Assembly: GCA_951406725.2 (NCBI GenBank)
Contig: OX597816.1
Span: 121,644,001 to 121,708,000, forward strand
Length of the DNA: 64,000 nucleotides
Direction of reading: 5' to 3'
DNA from: Octopus vulgaris
Taxonomy: Eukaryota
The notes under the pieces are model-generated. The model was not told where the DNA came from. It did no database searches and was given only the letters and a program-made list of their open reading frames with translations. Shown one piece after another: positions 13,301 to 25,684 of the stretch (position 1 is its first letter; every line of letters starts with the position of its first letter). A program made the position numbers and the translations under genes.

Positions 13301-14633
13301 ATATATAAAGACAGTGTAGAAGTCACATAATTTTTAGACAGCTGGACATTTCTGTTATGTAATATTTTAAAAAGGCTGTATAGAAGTCATATATTTATTA
13401 GGCTATTGGACTGTCTTATAAGTTCAGAATCTGTTTATCTGTTTATGTGGACCTTAAATTTTGCAAAAGCAGTCTCACTACTGTTTGTACTGCAATAATC
13501 TTTCAGTTAATGTGCCCCTAGTGTTTACACTAATTTGTTTGCCTAAAATCATTTCCAATATTTTTCTGAGCTGACGCTGAAAACAGAAATATTTTGTTCC
13601 TTATTCTATGCACATAGAAAAATAATTTCTTTCTATACAAGGAAGAGAAATATTAAAGTAATGTTCATATAAACACATGAAAATGCAATCATATGGAAAC
13701 AGACTCTCTCTCTCTCTCTCTCCCTTTCTCTCTTTCTCCCTCTCTCCCCCTCTCTCTCACACACACACATACAAAACTTAAGACAGGATATGCACATCAA
13801 ATAGTCATACATGTAATAGCAAATGTGCTAGCACAAACGTACAGACAAAGCATACAAAAACACATGCTCAAACATGCAGGAAAACTTTTACATTTGAAAA
13901 ATTATTGTAATAAATAACATTTGAGTTGGTTTCTGCATGTGCACATTTGCTTTTAGTAGTGTTTATGTATGTCATAGTCACAGTTGCCTTGTACATGCAT
14001 GCACACACACACACACACACACACACACGCATATATATATATGCACGCACACACACACACATACACACATACATACAGACATGTATGTAGACATATACAT
14101 TGACAAAGAGACTATCGTATGCAAGCCCAAACATATGTGTACAAGGGAGTGTGCTTGTGTGCGTGTAAAAACTAAGTCTTGGTGAAATTGCTTTGTAGCT
14201 GGCAGGCAGAAGAAAACTGATGAGAATGGCTGAAAGAAACTGGCTCATTTGTTTTACAGGTATCACTAATCTATTCTTATGTTGAAACCAAATGAAATCA
14301 CTTAGATTCTAGTTCAGTTTGGATTATCTATATTCACCTCTATTTAGCTTTAAAATAATGCTAAGTTTCTGACTGGTCAAATAAATGGATATTGAGTACA
14401 CAATCAGAGTGCAGTGGACATATATGTGAAAACTGAGATTTTGATTCTTGGTCACAAATATCTCTTAAAATGATATCTATATACAGTAGTAGTAAGAAGT
14501 TTGCTTCTCAATCACTCACATCACCTCATTTTCAGTCCTACTGAGCATGAGGTGTCTTTGGAAAGTGTCTTCTGTTATAGTCCCAGACCAACCAAAGCCT
14601 TGTGAGTGGATTTGATAACCAGAAAAGTGAAAA

Positions 14634-14868
14634 AGGCGGCGAGCTGGCAGAAACGTTAGCACGCCAGGCGAAATGCTTAGTGGTATTTCATCTGCTATTA
14701 TGTTCTGAGTTCAAATTCCACCGAGATCAACTTTGTCTTTCATCCTTTCGAGGTTGATTAAATAAGTACCAGTTACACACTGGAGTTGATATAATCAACT
14801 TAATCCTTGTTTGTCTATCCTTGTTTGTCCCCTCTGTGTATAGCTCCTTGTGGGCAGTAAAGAAATAA
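14634..14868 (+). mobile_element. Meta-type SINE nested in an older SINE
   Basis: TSD agaaaagtgaaaaa at 14621-14634 and 14868-14881; the host SINE continues on both sides. Confidence 0.85.
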
Positions 14869-14970
14869 GAAAAGTGAAAAAGCCTGTCATGTATAAATGT
14901 ATGTACAGACAGATATAAGAAGTTAGCTTTCCAACCACATGGTTCAGGGTCCAGTCCCACTTGTATCCTT

Positions 14971-15189
14971 TTAACCCTTTAGCATTTAAACCAGCCTTAT
15001 CCAGCCAAAATATTCTTCCTGTTTTTTGTTCAAACTAGCCAGATCCAACTTTTCACACCTACCCTACAATGTTGGTCTAAAATATATACAGTCACATAAT
15101 TGAAAACTCAAGTCTAAAAGATTAATTCAAAATGATGTGAATAAACAAGCATTACATAAGCTAGAATAATCTGAATGGTAAAGGATTAA
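14971..15189. mobile_element. TTAA-targeting (piggyBac-like) MITE; same family at 33702-33929 and 58572-58798, other families at 23686-23811 and 43807-44037
   Basis: TTAA|CCCTTTAGCATT...AATG(C/G/T)TAAAGG(G/A)|TTAA terminal inverted repeats; ~220-bp copies share internal sequence. Confidence 0.8.
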
Positions 15190-15234
15190 TATTCCCCATA
15201 GGTAGTATAGAAATCTTAATATTTGTCTACTTCA

Positions 15235-15666
15235 GTAAGGTGACGAGCTGGCAGAAACATAAGCACGCTGGGTGAAATGCTTAGTGGTATTTCATCTGCC
15301 CTTACGTTCTGAGTTCAAATTCCGCTGAGGTTGACTTTGCCTTTTATCCTTTTGGGGTCAATAAATTAAGTACCAGTTACGCACTGGGCTGATGTAATCG
15401 ACTTAATCCATTTGTCTGCTCTTGTTTGTCCCCTCTATGTTTAGCCCCTTGTGGGCAATAAAAAAATAAGAAACGTTAGCACACCAGGCAAAATGCTTAG
15501 CATTATTTCGTCTTTACGGTCTGAGTTCAAATTCTTCCAAGGTCGACTTTGCCTTCATCCTTTCGGAGTTGATAAATTAAGTACCAGTTGCGTACTGGGG
15601 TCGATCTAATCGACTGCCCCCCCCCCCTTCCCAAAAATTTTGGGCCTTGTGCCTAGAGTAGAAAAG
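15235..15666 (+). mobile_element. Dimeric Meta-type SINE
   Basis: Two head-to-tail monomers enclosed by one 17-bp TSD aatatttgtctacttca (15218-15234, 15667-15683). Confidence 0.85.
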
Positions 15667-16095
15667 AATATTTGTCTACTTCAATGCAGTTTCTCCACAA
15701 ACTAAAAAAAAAAGATAAACAAAACGCATCCAGTCTTGCAAGTTACTTGGCAATCTCACTCGTGCTGGTGGCAAACAAAACAAAAAAAAAAAAGAAAGCA
15801 CCTAATACACACAATAAAGTGATTGGCATTAGAAAAGACATCCAACCATAGAAACCATACCAGAGCTGACATGGAACATGATGCTGCTCTGAGGTTCACT
15901 GGATCCAGTAGAACCACACATCCCATTTCATCATAAAATGGATGCTAAACGATGGTGGTGGTGGTGGTGGCGGTGGTGGTCGTGGTCGTGGTCGTCGTGG
16001 TCGTGGCTGTGGTGAGGATGATGATGATGTAGTTATCAGTAATATACTGGAGATTTAATGCAATATGCAAATAATATTCAACAAAACAGGTATTT

Positions 16096-16172
16096 TCAAT
16101 CTTCCACTGCTGATCTGGTTCCTTTTGGGTTATGCAAAATAATTATTTCTTCCTTGGGATTGAGATTATATT
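16096..16172 (-). CDS. Candidate terminal coding exon (x)YNLNPKEEIIILHNPKGTRSAVED*
   Basis: Acceptor ttctattttattctccacag, then an open phase-1 frame to TGA in non-repetitive sequence. No homology recognised. Confidence 0.25.
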
Positions 16173-16901
16173 CTGTGGAGAATAAAATAGAATTTGTTCC
16201 ATTTTACTTTAGGTCAATTCTGATGTTTATTATCTTTCCTGGTTTCCTAATGGTGGTGGTAGTGGTGGTGGTGAGAGTGATGGAAGGCCACGTTGGTTTA
16301 AGTTGTGGTAGTGATGATGATGACAATGACAATAGTTATAGTGGTGGTGGTGGTGGTGGTCGTCGTCGTCGTTGTCGTTGTGGTGGTCGTGGTGGTGAGG
16401 ATGATAGTTGTAATGGTGGTGGCTTAGGTTGTGGTAGCAATGTTGATAACAATGCTGATGCTGGATGACAATGATGATGGCAGTCACAGCAGAGGTGGTT
16501 TAGGTTGTGGTAGTAATGATGATGATGATGATGATGGAGATTGTGGGAGGATTAAATTGTGAATATGATGATGATGTTGGTGGAGGTAGTGGTTAGATTA
16601 GGTTGATTGTGACAGTAATAGTGATGGTAGTGGTGGTGATGATGATGATGATGGTGGTGATGACAACAATGGAGATGGTACATGTAGTCAGTCTTAACAT
16701 GAACCTTCCCTGCCCTCCAGCTTTTAAAAGTGTTTCCAACTTCCTCTGCTTGCAATCTACACCAGCTTGTGTGTAATAAGTATTCTGGTTGCTAAAAGCA
16801 AGTGCAATTCAGAGGAAGCCAACACCTACAGCAATATGCCTGAATATGTTCTTTTAATATGTAATTATATGAACATTCTTTTACACCTTAGATAATAATA
16901 A

Positions 16902-17266
16902 TAACAAGAGCACTCAGAGAGCACAAACCTCTGCCAAGACAACACCAATGTTCTCTCAATGATTAGTCAAAGATGATTTTTAAAATAAGAATATCTGAAA
17001 TAAACTCAACTGCTTCCACAAACAAGAATACTAAAAATGAACCTAGCTGCTTTCAAAAATTAAGTAAAAAAAAAAACAGGAAAAATAATCCAGAATCTTT
17101 GTCTGGTACTAGATCAATCCCAAAATTAAGCAGTTTGTGCCAGTCACAATACCAAACAACCCTGAAAGTTTTATCCAAATCCATCCAGTGCTTCTTGAGA
17201 TATGTTGTCCACAGACAAAGAAACACGGTTGAAAACAATACCTCCACCTTTGCTAAGGCGGAAATA
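16902..17266 (+). mobile_element. Helentron-associated non-autonomous element (HINE/DINE-1-like)
   Basis: 5' AACAAGAGCACTCAGAGAGCACAAACCTCTGCCAAG and 3' subterminal palindrome ACCTCCACCTT-tgct-AAGGCGGA, flanked by (AAT)n. Confidence 0.6.
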
Positions 17267-17280
17267 ATAATAATAATAAT

Positions 17281-17542
17281 TTCTAGCAATATCTGGTGAA
17301 TATGGAGGGTGGGGTAACACATCCCAGCCGAGCTGCAGCAATTTTTGTCTGGTTCCCAAAGCATCAAATGCCAAAAATGAACTTTTTTATCTTCCATTTT
17401 AAAGGGTTACAGAATTAACACAGGTTATAGGAACATAAATCTTCTTCCACGAAAAGATAGCTTAAACTGTGCTCTAAATGGAAGTATAGTCAAATCCTAT
17501 TTTATGGACTCAACCATGTTCTAAAACTTTCCGGACAACCCA

Positions 17543-17544
<2 letters not shown>
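17281..17544 (-). mobile_element. Internally deleted mariner element
   Basis: KLLQLGWDVLPHPPYSPDIA carries the mariner YSPDLAP-type motif; TIR-like TTGGGTTGTCCGGAAAGTT lies at the 17544 end. Confidence 0.85.
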
Positions 17545-17604
<60 letters not shown>

Positions 17605-17607
17605 ATA

Positions 17608-17825
17608 CGAGGGGGGTGGCTGAAAAGTTCTTGGCTTTGGGTAAAAGGAAATATAGGTGGATGAGTTACTTAAGATTTTATTCAGCATATTCCATTCTCA
17701 GACTCGTATGCGTATTGCAGTAGCCCTTCAATTTTTCTAATCCCTGTAAAAGAAATCAGAAGGTTGGGACTCCAACCACACTTTTCATGATACCCTTAAA
17801 GTCAGGAACTTTTCAGTACCTCTTG
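17608..17825. mobile_element. Mariner-derived MITE
   Basis: TIRs CGAGGGGGGTGGCTGAAAAGTTCTTGGCTTT / AAAGTCAGGAACTTTTCAGTACCTCTTG in a TA context. Confidence 0.75.
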
Positions 17826-18029
17826 TGTATATATGTTCTTTTATACTTTTACTTGTTTCAGTCATTTGACTGTGGCATGCTTTTAGTCGAACAAATCAAC
17901 CCCAGGACTTATTCTTTGTAAGCCTAGTACTCATTCCATCGGTCTCCCTTGCTGAACTGCTAATGTACGGAAAATATAAACACACCAGCATCAGTTGGTG
18001 GGGGACAAACACAGACAGACAAACATACA

Positions 18030-18915
18030 ATGTCATTATTCATTTTCATTCCAGGTGCCATTATATTAAACATTTGCAAAGAGTAACCATACCATGCACA
18101 AAAAATTCAGCAGAACTATCACATTTTCAAAGAGGTCATATTGCTGGGCAATCTGAGGCTGGTCTTTGCCAGCGAAAAATTGCCGAAAATCTTCAAATTC
18201 CTTTTGCTACTGTAAATAGAATTATAGTGCAATTCAAAAGCCAAGGAAAGAATCAACAGATTCTTGTCCCGGCTGCCTAGGCCCTTGGAAAAGAAGCTTC
18301 GCTGTTTGAAGAGAATTGTGGAAAAGGAACCCCGTTCAAAGGCTTCTGATATTGCAAAACAGTTAGAAGTTAGTCCAAGAACATGTGTTACATATCTGCA
18401 TAAGCTTGGATATTATGGAAGAGCCGCTAGAAGAAAACCTCTCCTTCAGCCAATTAATATCATGAAAAGAAAGAAATAAGGAGATGCCAGAAAATTGCAG
18501 TTCATTTTAGGTTAGAGTGATTTTCTCAGATGAACCCAGATTTGTACTATTTTCAGACATTAGATGTGTTTGGGTCTGCAGGCTTCCTAATCAAGAATTT
18601 GATTTGAAACAACTCCAACCAACTGTGAAATATGGCGGTATCTCTGTAATGGTATGAGCAGCTGTCACCAGCAATGGTCGCTCTGAGCTGATTGAATGTG
18701 TTGGAACCATAAACTCTGAAAAATACATCAAAATACTTAAGCAAGGACTACTTCTGATGTATTCACATAATAACATAATGAGTTTTTATGGCACCATGCC
18801 ATACAGGGAAAAGGAATCAGCAATAGCTGACTGAAAATGGGATGCAAAAGCTTACTTGGCCCAGCCAATCTCTTGACATGAACCCAATTGAAAATCTTTG
18901 GAGTATATGAGATAG
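18030..18915 (+). pseudogene. Decayed Tc1-type transposase
   Basis: ELSHFQRGHIAG helix-turn-helix start, [53 protein letters not shown]; stops and frameshifts throughout. Confidence 0.9.
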
Positions 18916-19106
18916 ACATGTCAGTAATGTTATGGATATGCCCTGCCCCTCTGGCGAATCTGATATGTCACGTAATGTTATGGGCTGGCTCTGCCCCTCT
19001 GGCGAATCTCGGACATGTCATGTAATGTTATGGGTTGGGTCTGCCCCTGTGACGAATCTGACATGTCATGTCATGTTATGGGTTGGGTCTGCCCCTCTGG
19101 CAAATC
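18914..19106. repeat. 48-bp minisatellite, 4 copies
   Basis: Unit approximately gacatgtcacgtaatgttatgggttggctctgcccctctggcgaatct. Confidence 0.9.
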
Positions 19107-19492
19107 ACCAGATAGCTTCTACTAGGGAACTACCTATACGGATAGCTGGTCCTTCTACTGAGTCAACATTTGGCAGACTCTCCTCATCCCATTCATTCTC
19201 CACATTCAGCAGTCTTTCATAATGGCTTCTCCCAGCCTCTTTCTTTTCAGAATCATTAAAAGCAAGTGCCCCATCATCCATTCGAACACATTTCTCTCCT
19301 GTAACATCACAATTTTCTCTCACGCACTGTCTTGCAATCCGAAATACCTCAGTTCTTTGGTCCTCATGTCTCTGGACATTGGCAAACTTCTTCTTTTCTG
19401 CTTCGCTTTTGGCTATGTATACCTGCCACCCAGCTTCCCTTCTGGCTACCTGGTACCATTCCCTGCTACAGACATTCTTCCAGGCTTTCCAG
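19107..19492 (-). mobile_element. RTE LINE internal fragment
   Basis: RENCDVTGEKCVRMDDGALAFNDSEKKEA..HYERLLNVENEWDEESLPNV; homologous to 48005-48350. Confidence 0.85.
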
Positions 19493-21959
19493 TATATATA
19501 TATATATATTATATTTTGTGAAATTTGATTTAGTATTTCTAAATTGAATTTTTCCCTGTAAGTTTGGAATAATATTCACTCATTATAAATAACAGGTGTG
19601 CAATTCATTTTACATTTAAAATTTGAAATGAAAATATAAAAAAGCAGACCGTGGAGTGAGAAGAGAAGTCAGTGAGTTACTGAAAAGGTTGCAAGCACCA
19701 ATGAAAGGACTTTGACTAACAAATAAACAACAAATTGGTTGTTTAACCAACATATTAAGCAACTGGTTGATTAGTTAGTTGGTTAGGTATTTAACCAAAT
19801 TACTAATAATAAAGAAGTGGTATTGAACTTGAGCATGTGTTATTATTATTATTAGCATTATGACTTTTCCAAGACAACAAAACAAAGTTATATGAAAAAT
19901 ATATGCAACAACTTCAACAGCCTCTTATCTAGGTTTCATTCTTGCAAAGATATCCATTACTCTATTATAATCCACCTTAAGTAACCACGATTTTCAAAAA
20001 GAGCAAAGCTAATTGAGACAATCTATCATCACCCATTATAGAACAGCAGTATGACTTTATGTGCTTGAGCTAGTTGAAGGACTGTTCTGCAACTGTCTCA
20101 GTTATCAGTAAAGTTTGAACGATGTGACATTGTGGACAGGTTAAGCAAAATGGATCATGACACTAAATTGGTGACGGATCGCTTGCTTGACAATTGGTTT
20201 TATCAGCTACTGTTTGTGCTCATTATCTTTTTGTATATGTTTTTGAAAAAAAAGGAACTTTTGCTCAATTCTAGTTTGACTGTGGATGACATCTGACTTT
20301 TATTGATGATGTATGTGTCTGCTAAAATTTCAAATTAGTTCTCAATTATCAGCTAGGTTTTTCTTGGCAGACTTAGACATAATATAGCACTTATATAATA
20401 AAATGCAAAAGCAACTTAATAAACCTGTCTTCACTATATATATAATGGTTGGTAGACAACTACTAGACAACTAAATTCTAATCAGGTATTTTCTGAGGTA
20501 GCAGTGTTGTATGAGAAATTTGTGAAGCAGTTATAATATGCCACAATAGACATATTAGTGAATAACAAGAATATATTATAATTTCATTTGAGGCAATGAT
20601 ACTTCATTCATCCTTCACTTCTGGTTATCAATGAACAAGTTATGTAAATACATCCTCATTTCTCTTATATTGCACAAGATATTTCATTAACTATAGTATA
20701 AATAATTGCATTCTACATTCATTAATTTCACATTTTAATATGTGTCATTATGGACACAGGGGTGCTGGCAGAATTGTTAGCATGCCAGGCAAAATGCTTA
20801 GCAGCATTTTGTCCATCTTTACATTTTACAAATTCTTCCAAGGTCGACATTGCTTTTTATCCTTTTGGGATTGATGAAATAAGTACCAGTTGATCACTGG
20901 GGTTGATATAATCGACTTAGGGCCCTCCCTTGAAATTGCTGGTCTTGTACCAAAATTTGAAATCAATATGTGTTGTTATTTCTAATATGTACTTGTATTT
21001 GGTGGTTGTGACCATGGCTCGAAAAAGTTGAACCTCTGTGAGAATCAGCATCAAAGAGGCTTTCATAACATTACAGTTTATTTTGGTTCCCCAGATGCCA
21101 GCAGCCACCGATTAAACACAAACAACTGAGAATACAGTTTGAAATACTGAGAGGTTGGTGAAGTAAAGAAATGAGTCCAGAAAGTTCTTTCAAGCCAACA
21201 TGGTAAAGTGAAGAAAAAAATGCATCTAAAAAAATGATTTGATTCAACTTTTATCACGCAAAGGTATTAATGAATTAAAAAAGGTACCACTTTTTAATAA
21301 TGCATTCAGGAGAGTAGTTGCTCTTCCTGCTTCCTTTTAGGTACACCACTGCCTTAGAATTATTAGCATTGTTCTTATCTAAAGGAATAATATATAATAT
21401 AATGCAATAATATAATAAATAATACAGCAGCAGCTGGTGGTTGTGGTGGTGGTTATTTCTAACTGGCTGTGTGCCACAAATGAAAAGGAGAAATATTGTA
21501 AATTTGAACTCAATCCCAGTGTATTACTTGTACTCATTTTAATAACTCTGAAGAGATGGAAGGCAATAATCTGTTCTGAATTGAAAGTAGCTGTAAATGC
21601 TGCAAAAGAAAGCGTTTTGGCTGATACTTTATGTTATTACTAATGCCACTGCACTAGCATAACTGCAGTTTCAAGAGGTGGTTTATAGTCTGTTAAATCT
21701 GCAGTAATACTTGTACTGGTACATATTTTGCTGACCTCAGAAAGACAAAGAGTGAAGTGACCTCTGGGACATGCTTAAATAACATAAAGCAATTTGTCTA
21801 ATGTCTGACTGATTCTGCTGTCTCCATTTCTTATCACAATCAGTGGATTGCATAAGCAAGATAATAATAATAATAATAATAATAATAAGCCGTGTGTTTA
21901 CTTCATTTAAACTGAATCTTACGGCTAGACTCTTCCTAATCTTGAAACCACTGGCACAA

Positions 21960-22620
21960 TCCTGTACACACTGTTTTGTCTTGGTATAAAAGATGAGCTA
22001 CAGCAAATATTCTGCTCAATACCACAGATTTGCTTGTCAGTTGTTTGACCTTAACCAGTTAACCATGTCCCTTAGTGGCTGACGACATGTGCGTCTCTGA
22101 TCATGAGCAGAAGTAGTGGGGGAGCATCATAGCCATGTGTTGAGAAGGATTCTTTGGGGTTTGAATAATTCACCTCTGGAAACATGGGTGTTTCGTTCAA
22201 CATCCCTAAACAACCCTTATTCAGAGACCTTTTGAGCAGGATGGGCTACTCAACGAGAAGAAAATTCTAACTGGGCCCCGCCTGCAAGGTCATGTACTGT
22301 TTATCTGGATATGAGATCACCATGTCATGCACATATGGTTGTAATGCATGTGCCTGGTGTACCCTTATCAGACTGGTAGTCATGATGGGTATATTGGGCT
22401 TCGTATTTTTTACCCTAGTGAGGCGGCGAGCTGGCAGAAACGTTAGCGCGCCGGGCGAAATGCTTAGTGGTATTTCGTCTGTTGTTATGTTCTAAGTTCA
22501 AATTCCACCGAGGTTGACATTGCCTTTCATCCTCTCGGGGTCGATAATCCCTTTGTCTGTCCTTGTTTGTCCCCTTGTGGGTAGTAAAGAAATATATATT
22601 TTACCCCAGTGTCACTTTGA
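21960..22620. repeat. ~600-bp interspersed repeat with a nested SINE (22422-22592); inverted second copy at 31470-32025
   Basis: Long reverse-complement identity between the two loci; ttttaccc(t/c)agtg is duplicated around the nested SINE. Confidence 0.8.
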
Positions 22621-22646
22621 TATTATTATTATTATTATTATTATGA

Positions 22647-22677
<31 letters not shown>

Positions 22678-23225
22678 TATTATTATTATTTCATTTATTG
22701 ACCACTAGGTCTGAACACTATAAACAAATAAGAACAAGGGACACATGGAGTTTAACATAAAAACTGAGTAAACAATGACAATTAACAAGAAAATTCCAAC
22801 AACTAAAATCCCCAATAGAGGAAAGTTCCACCCAGGGCCAACCAAGGCACCCACACATCTTAGTCCTTCTGACCACCAAAAGAACCTCAGACAGGCACTA
22901 TAAACAAATAAGAACAAGGGACACATGGAGTTTAACATAAAAACTGAGTAAACAATGACAATTAACAAGAAAATTCCAACAACTAAAATCCCCAATAGAG
23001 GAAAGTTCCACCCAGGGCCAACCAAGGCACCCACACATCTTAGTCCTTCTGACCACCAAAAGAACCTCAGACAGGCAATGACAATTAACAAGAAAATTCC
23101 AACAACTAAAATCCCCAATAGAGGAAAGTTCCACCCAGGGCCAACCAAGGCACCCACACATCTTAGTCCTTCTGACCACCAAAAGAACCTCAGACCTCTT
23201 CCTCTCAACTGCTCCGGCTTACAAG
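22620..23225 (-). mobile_element. Retrotransposon 3' end with AATAAA and (AAT)n tail, containing a 180/180/120-bp tandem triplication
   Basis: Units 22716-22895, 22896-23075 and 23076-23195 are identical where they overlap; the minus strand ends ggtcaataaatgaa(aat)n. Confidence 0.7.
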
Positions 23226-23239
23226 AGAATGTTCAAAAT

Positions 23240-24900
23240 AAAATAATCCTTTCCACTAAAAGCACAAGGCCTGAAATTTTGGAGGAGGGGACTTGTTGAT
23301 TGCATCAACCCCAGTGTGTCACTGGTACTTCATATATCAATCTCAAAAGGATTAAAAGCAAAGCCAACCTCAGCAGAATTTGAATTCAGAATGTAAAGAC
23401 AGATGAAATGCCACTAAGCATTTCACCCAGCGTACTAATGTTTCCACCAGCTCGCTGCCTTAATAATAATGATTTCAAATTTTGGCACAAGGCCAGCAAT
23501 TTCGGGGCTGGTGAGTAAGTTGATTACATTGAACCTAGCACTCAACTGGTATTCATTTTATTGACCCCCAAAAGGATAAAAGGCAAAGTTGATCTTGGTG
23601 AAATTTGAACTCAACATAAAGACGGATGAAATGTTGCTAAGCATTTTTCCTGGTGTGCAAACAATTCTGCCAGCTTGCCACCTTCTTAACCCTTTGAGCC
23701 CGTAACACCGGTTTACTGGTGGATGGCTTATTTTTCTCTATACCGTAGCACCAGTGAAGTGCCAGGTATATGGTCAAATAAAGTTCAGGATGTCAGAGCT
23801 CAAAGAGTTAATAATAATAATAATGGTTTCAAATTTTTGGCACAAGGCCAGCAATTCCAGGGGAGAGGCTAAGTCAGTTGTATTAAGCCCAGTACTCAGC
23901 TGGTACTTATTTCATCAACCCCATAATGATAAGAGGCAAAATCAGCCATTGCAGAATTTGAATGCAAAGCATAAAGACAGATGAAATACCATTTTTGCCT
24001 GGTGTGCTAATGATTCTGTCAGCTCACCAATTTGATGATAATAATAACAATAATAATAATAATCCTTTCTGCTACAGGCACAAAGCCTGGATTTTTGTTG
24101 GGATGGGGACAGTCGATCACATGTGAATTTGAACCTAGAGCATAGCAGCAGATGAAATACTGCTAAGCATTTCACCTGGCGTGCTAACGATTCTGTCAGC
24201 TCATCATCTTGATAATAATAACAATAATGATAATAATAATAATAATAACAATGATGATGATTTCTTTATTGTAATGTAAACACAGTTTACATTAAGAAAA
24301 ACATTATGGACAGTACAGGACAAAAATAATAATAATAATCCCTTGTTATAGATCAAGACCTGAAATTTGGAGGGGGAAAGAGCTAGTCAATTACATCAAC
24401 CTCAACGTTCAACAGGTACTTATTTTATTGTCCTCATAAGAATGACAAACAAAGTTGACCTCAATGACAGTTGAACATAAAGACAGATGAAATGTTGCTA
24501 AGCATTTTATTGGGCACAGTAATGATTCTGCCAGCTTGCTATTTTTAATAATAATAATCCTTTCTACTAAAGGCACAAGGCCTGAAATTTGGGGGTGGGG
24601 ACTAGTCGATCACATTGGCCCCAGTACTCCACTAGTACTTAATTTATTGACCCTGAAAGGATGACAGGCAAAGTTGACCTCGGCTGAGTTTGAACTTAGA
24701 ACGTAAAGATGGACGAAATGCCGCTAAGCATTTTAATTCTTTCTACTACAGGCACAAGGGCTGAAATTTGGGGGAGGGGGCTAGTCAATAAGATCAACCC
24801 CTGTTTTCGACTGGTACACATTTTATCAAACCTGAAAAAATGAAAAGGCAAAGTCGGCCACAGTGGAATTTGAATTCAGAATATGCAGACAGATAAAATG
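23240..24900 (-). mobile_element. Stack of ~7-8 Meta-type SINE copies separated by (AAT)n
   Basis: Recurrent aatcctttctact.aaggcacaaggcctgaaattt...ccagct blocks, all in the same orientation. Confidence 0.85.
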
Positions 24901-25680
24901 CTAAAATTGCCAAGATGGCTGAGGGTGTCTTGGCATCACTTACCATTTCTAAAATTGCCAAGAAGGCTAAGGATGTCTTGGCATCACTTACCACATTGCT
25001 AAAATTGCCAAGAAGGTTGAGAGTGTCTTGGCATCACTTACCAAGTCCTTTGTGAGCCACTCTCTGGCTATCTATCTGAGGCTTTATACAGCTATGGTGT
25101 GGCCTCACCTGGAATTTGCATCACCGGTCTGGAACCCCTATCATGCCCAGAATATTAATCATCTGGAAACCATTCAGCGACGTGCAACCAAGAGAATACC
25201 CTCCATCAGGCATTTGCCATGTTCTGAATGCCTTTTTTCCCTGGGCATGGATACATTGAAACTCCAATGTCTGGCAGCTGACTTGGCAGACACCCATAAA
25301 ATTATTAACCATCTTTCTAACAACAACTCTGGGCACCTTTTCAAACTCCACCTGTCTAACACCCATGGACATGTTTACAAAGTCAGAAAACAGCACAGCT
25401 CCCTTGACTTTCGGAAACATTTTTTCACACTAAAAGTTGCTGAAGTATGGAACAAACTGCCGGCATCAGTTGTTAGTTGTCGGAGCACTGCATCCTTCAA
25501 AACTTCCATACTTCCTGAGATTCGCCAACACTACACCTGATTTTCTCCCCCTCCATACACACGCAAGCATGTATCTGACTCATACACTGTTCGCTTTCCA
25601 GACATTTGTACATTACTGCATATGCTTTATACACACTTTTGACAAGTTGTGGTGCACCTGAGCACTGTATACAATAATTT
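24901..25680 (+). mobile_element. 5'-truncated CR1/L2-group LINE with RT C-terminal ORF 25028-25540 and 3' UTR
   Basis: LYTAMVWPHLEFASPVWNPY...LETIQRRATKRI...THGH...RKHFFTLKVAEVWNKLP is the typical CR1-group ORF2 C-terminus. Confidence 0.92.
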
Positions 25681-25684
25681 AATT

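Noticed and set aside
14217-14240. CTGATGA...GAAA hammerhead-like match
   Set aside because: No stem II pairing and no stem I or III.
18914-19106. CRISPR-like periodicity
   Set aside because: No unique spacers, no cas genes, eukaryotic context.
19930-20620. Possible RT or transposase remnant (TVDDI-like motif)
   Set aside because: Too degenerate to support without a profile search.
22705-23299. Repetitive 167/114/94-aa ORFs
   Set aside because: By-product of the 180-bp duplication (a multiple of 3) in a retroelement 3' UTR.
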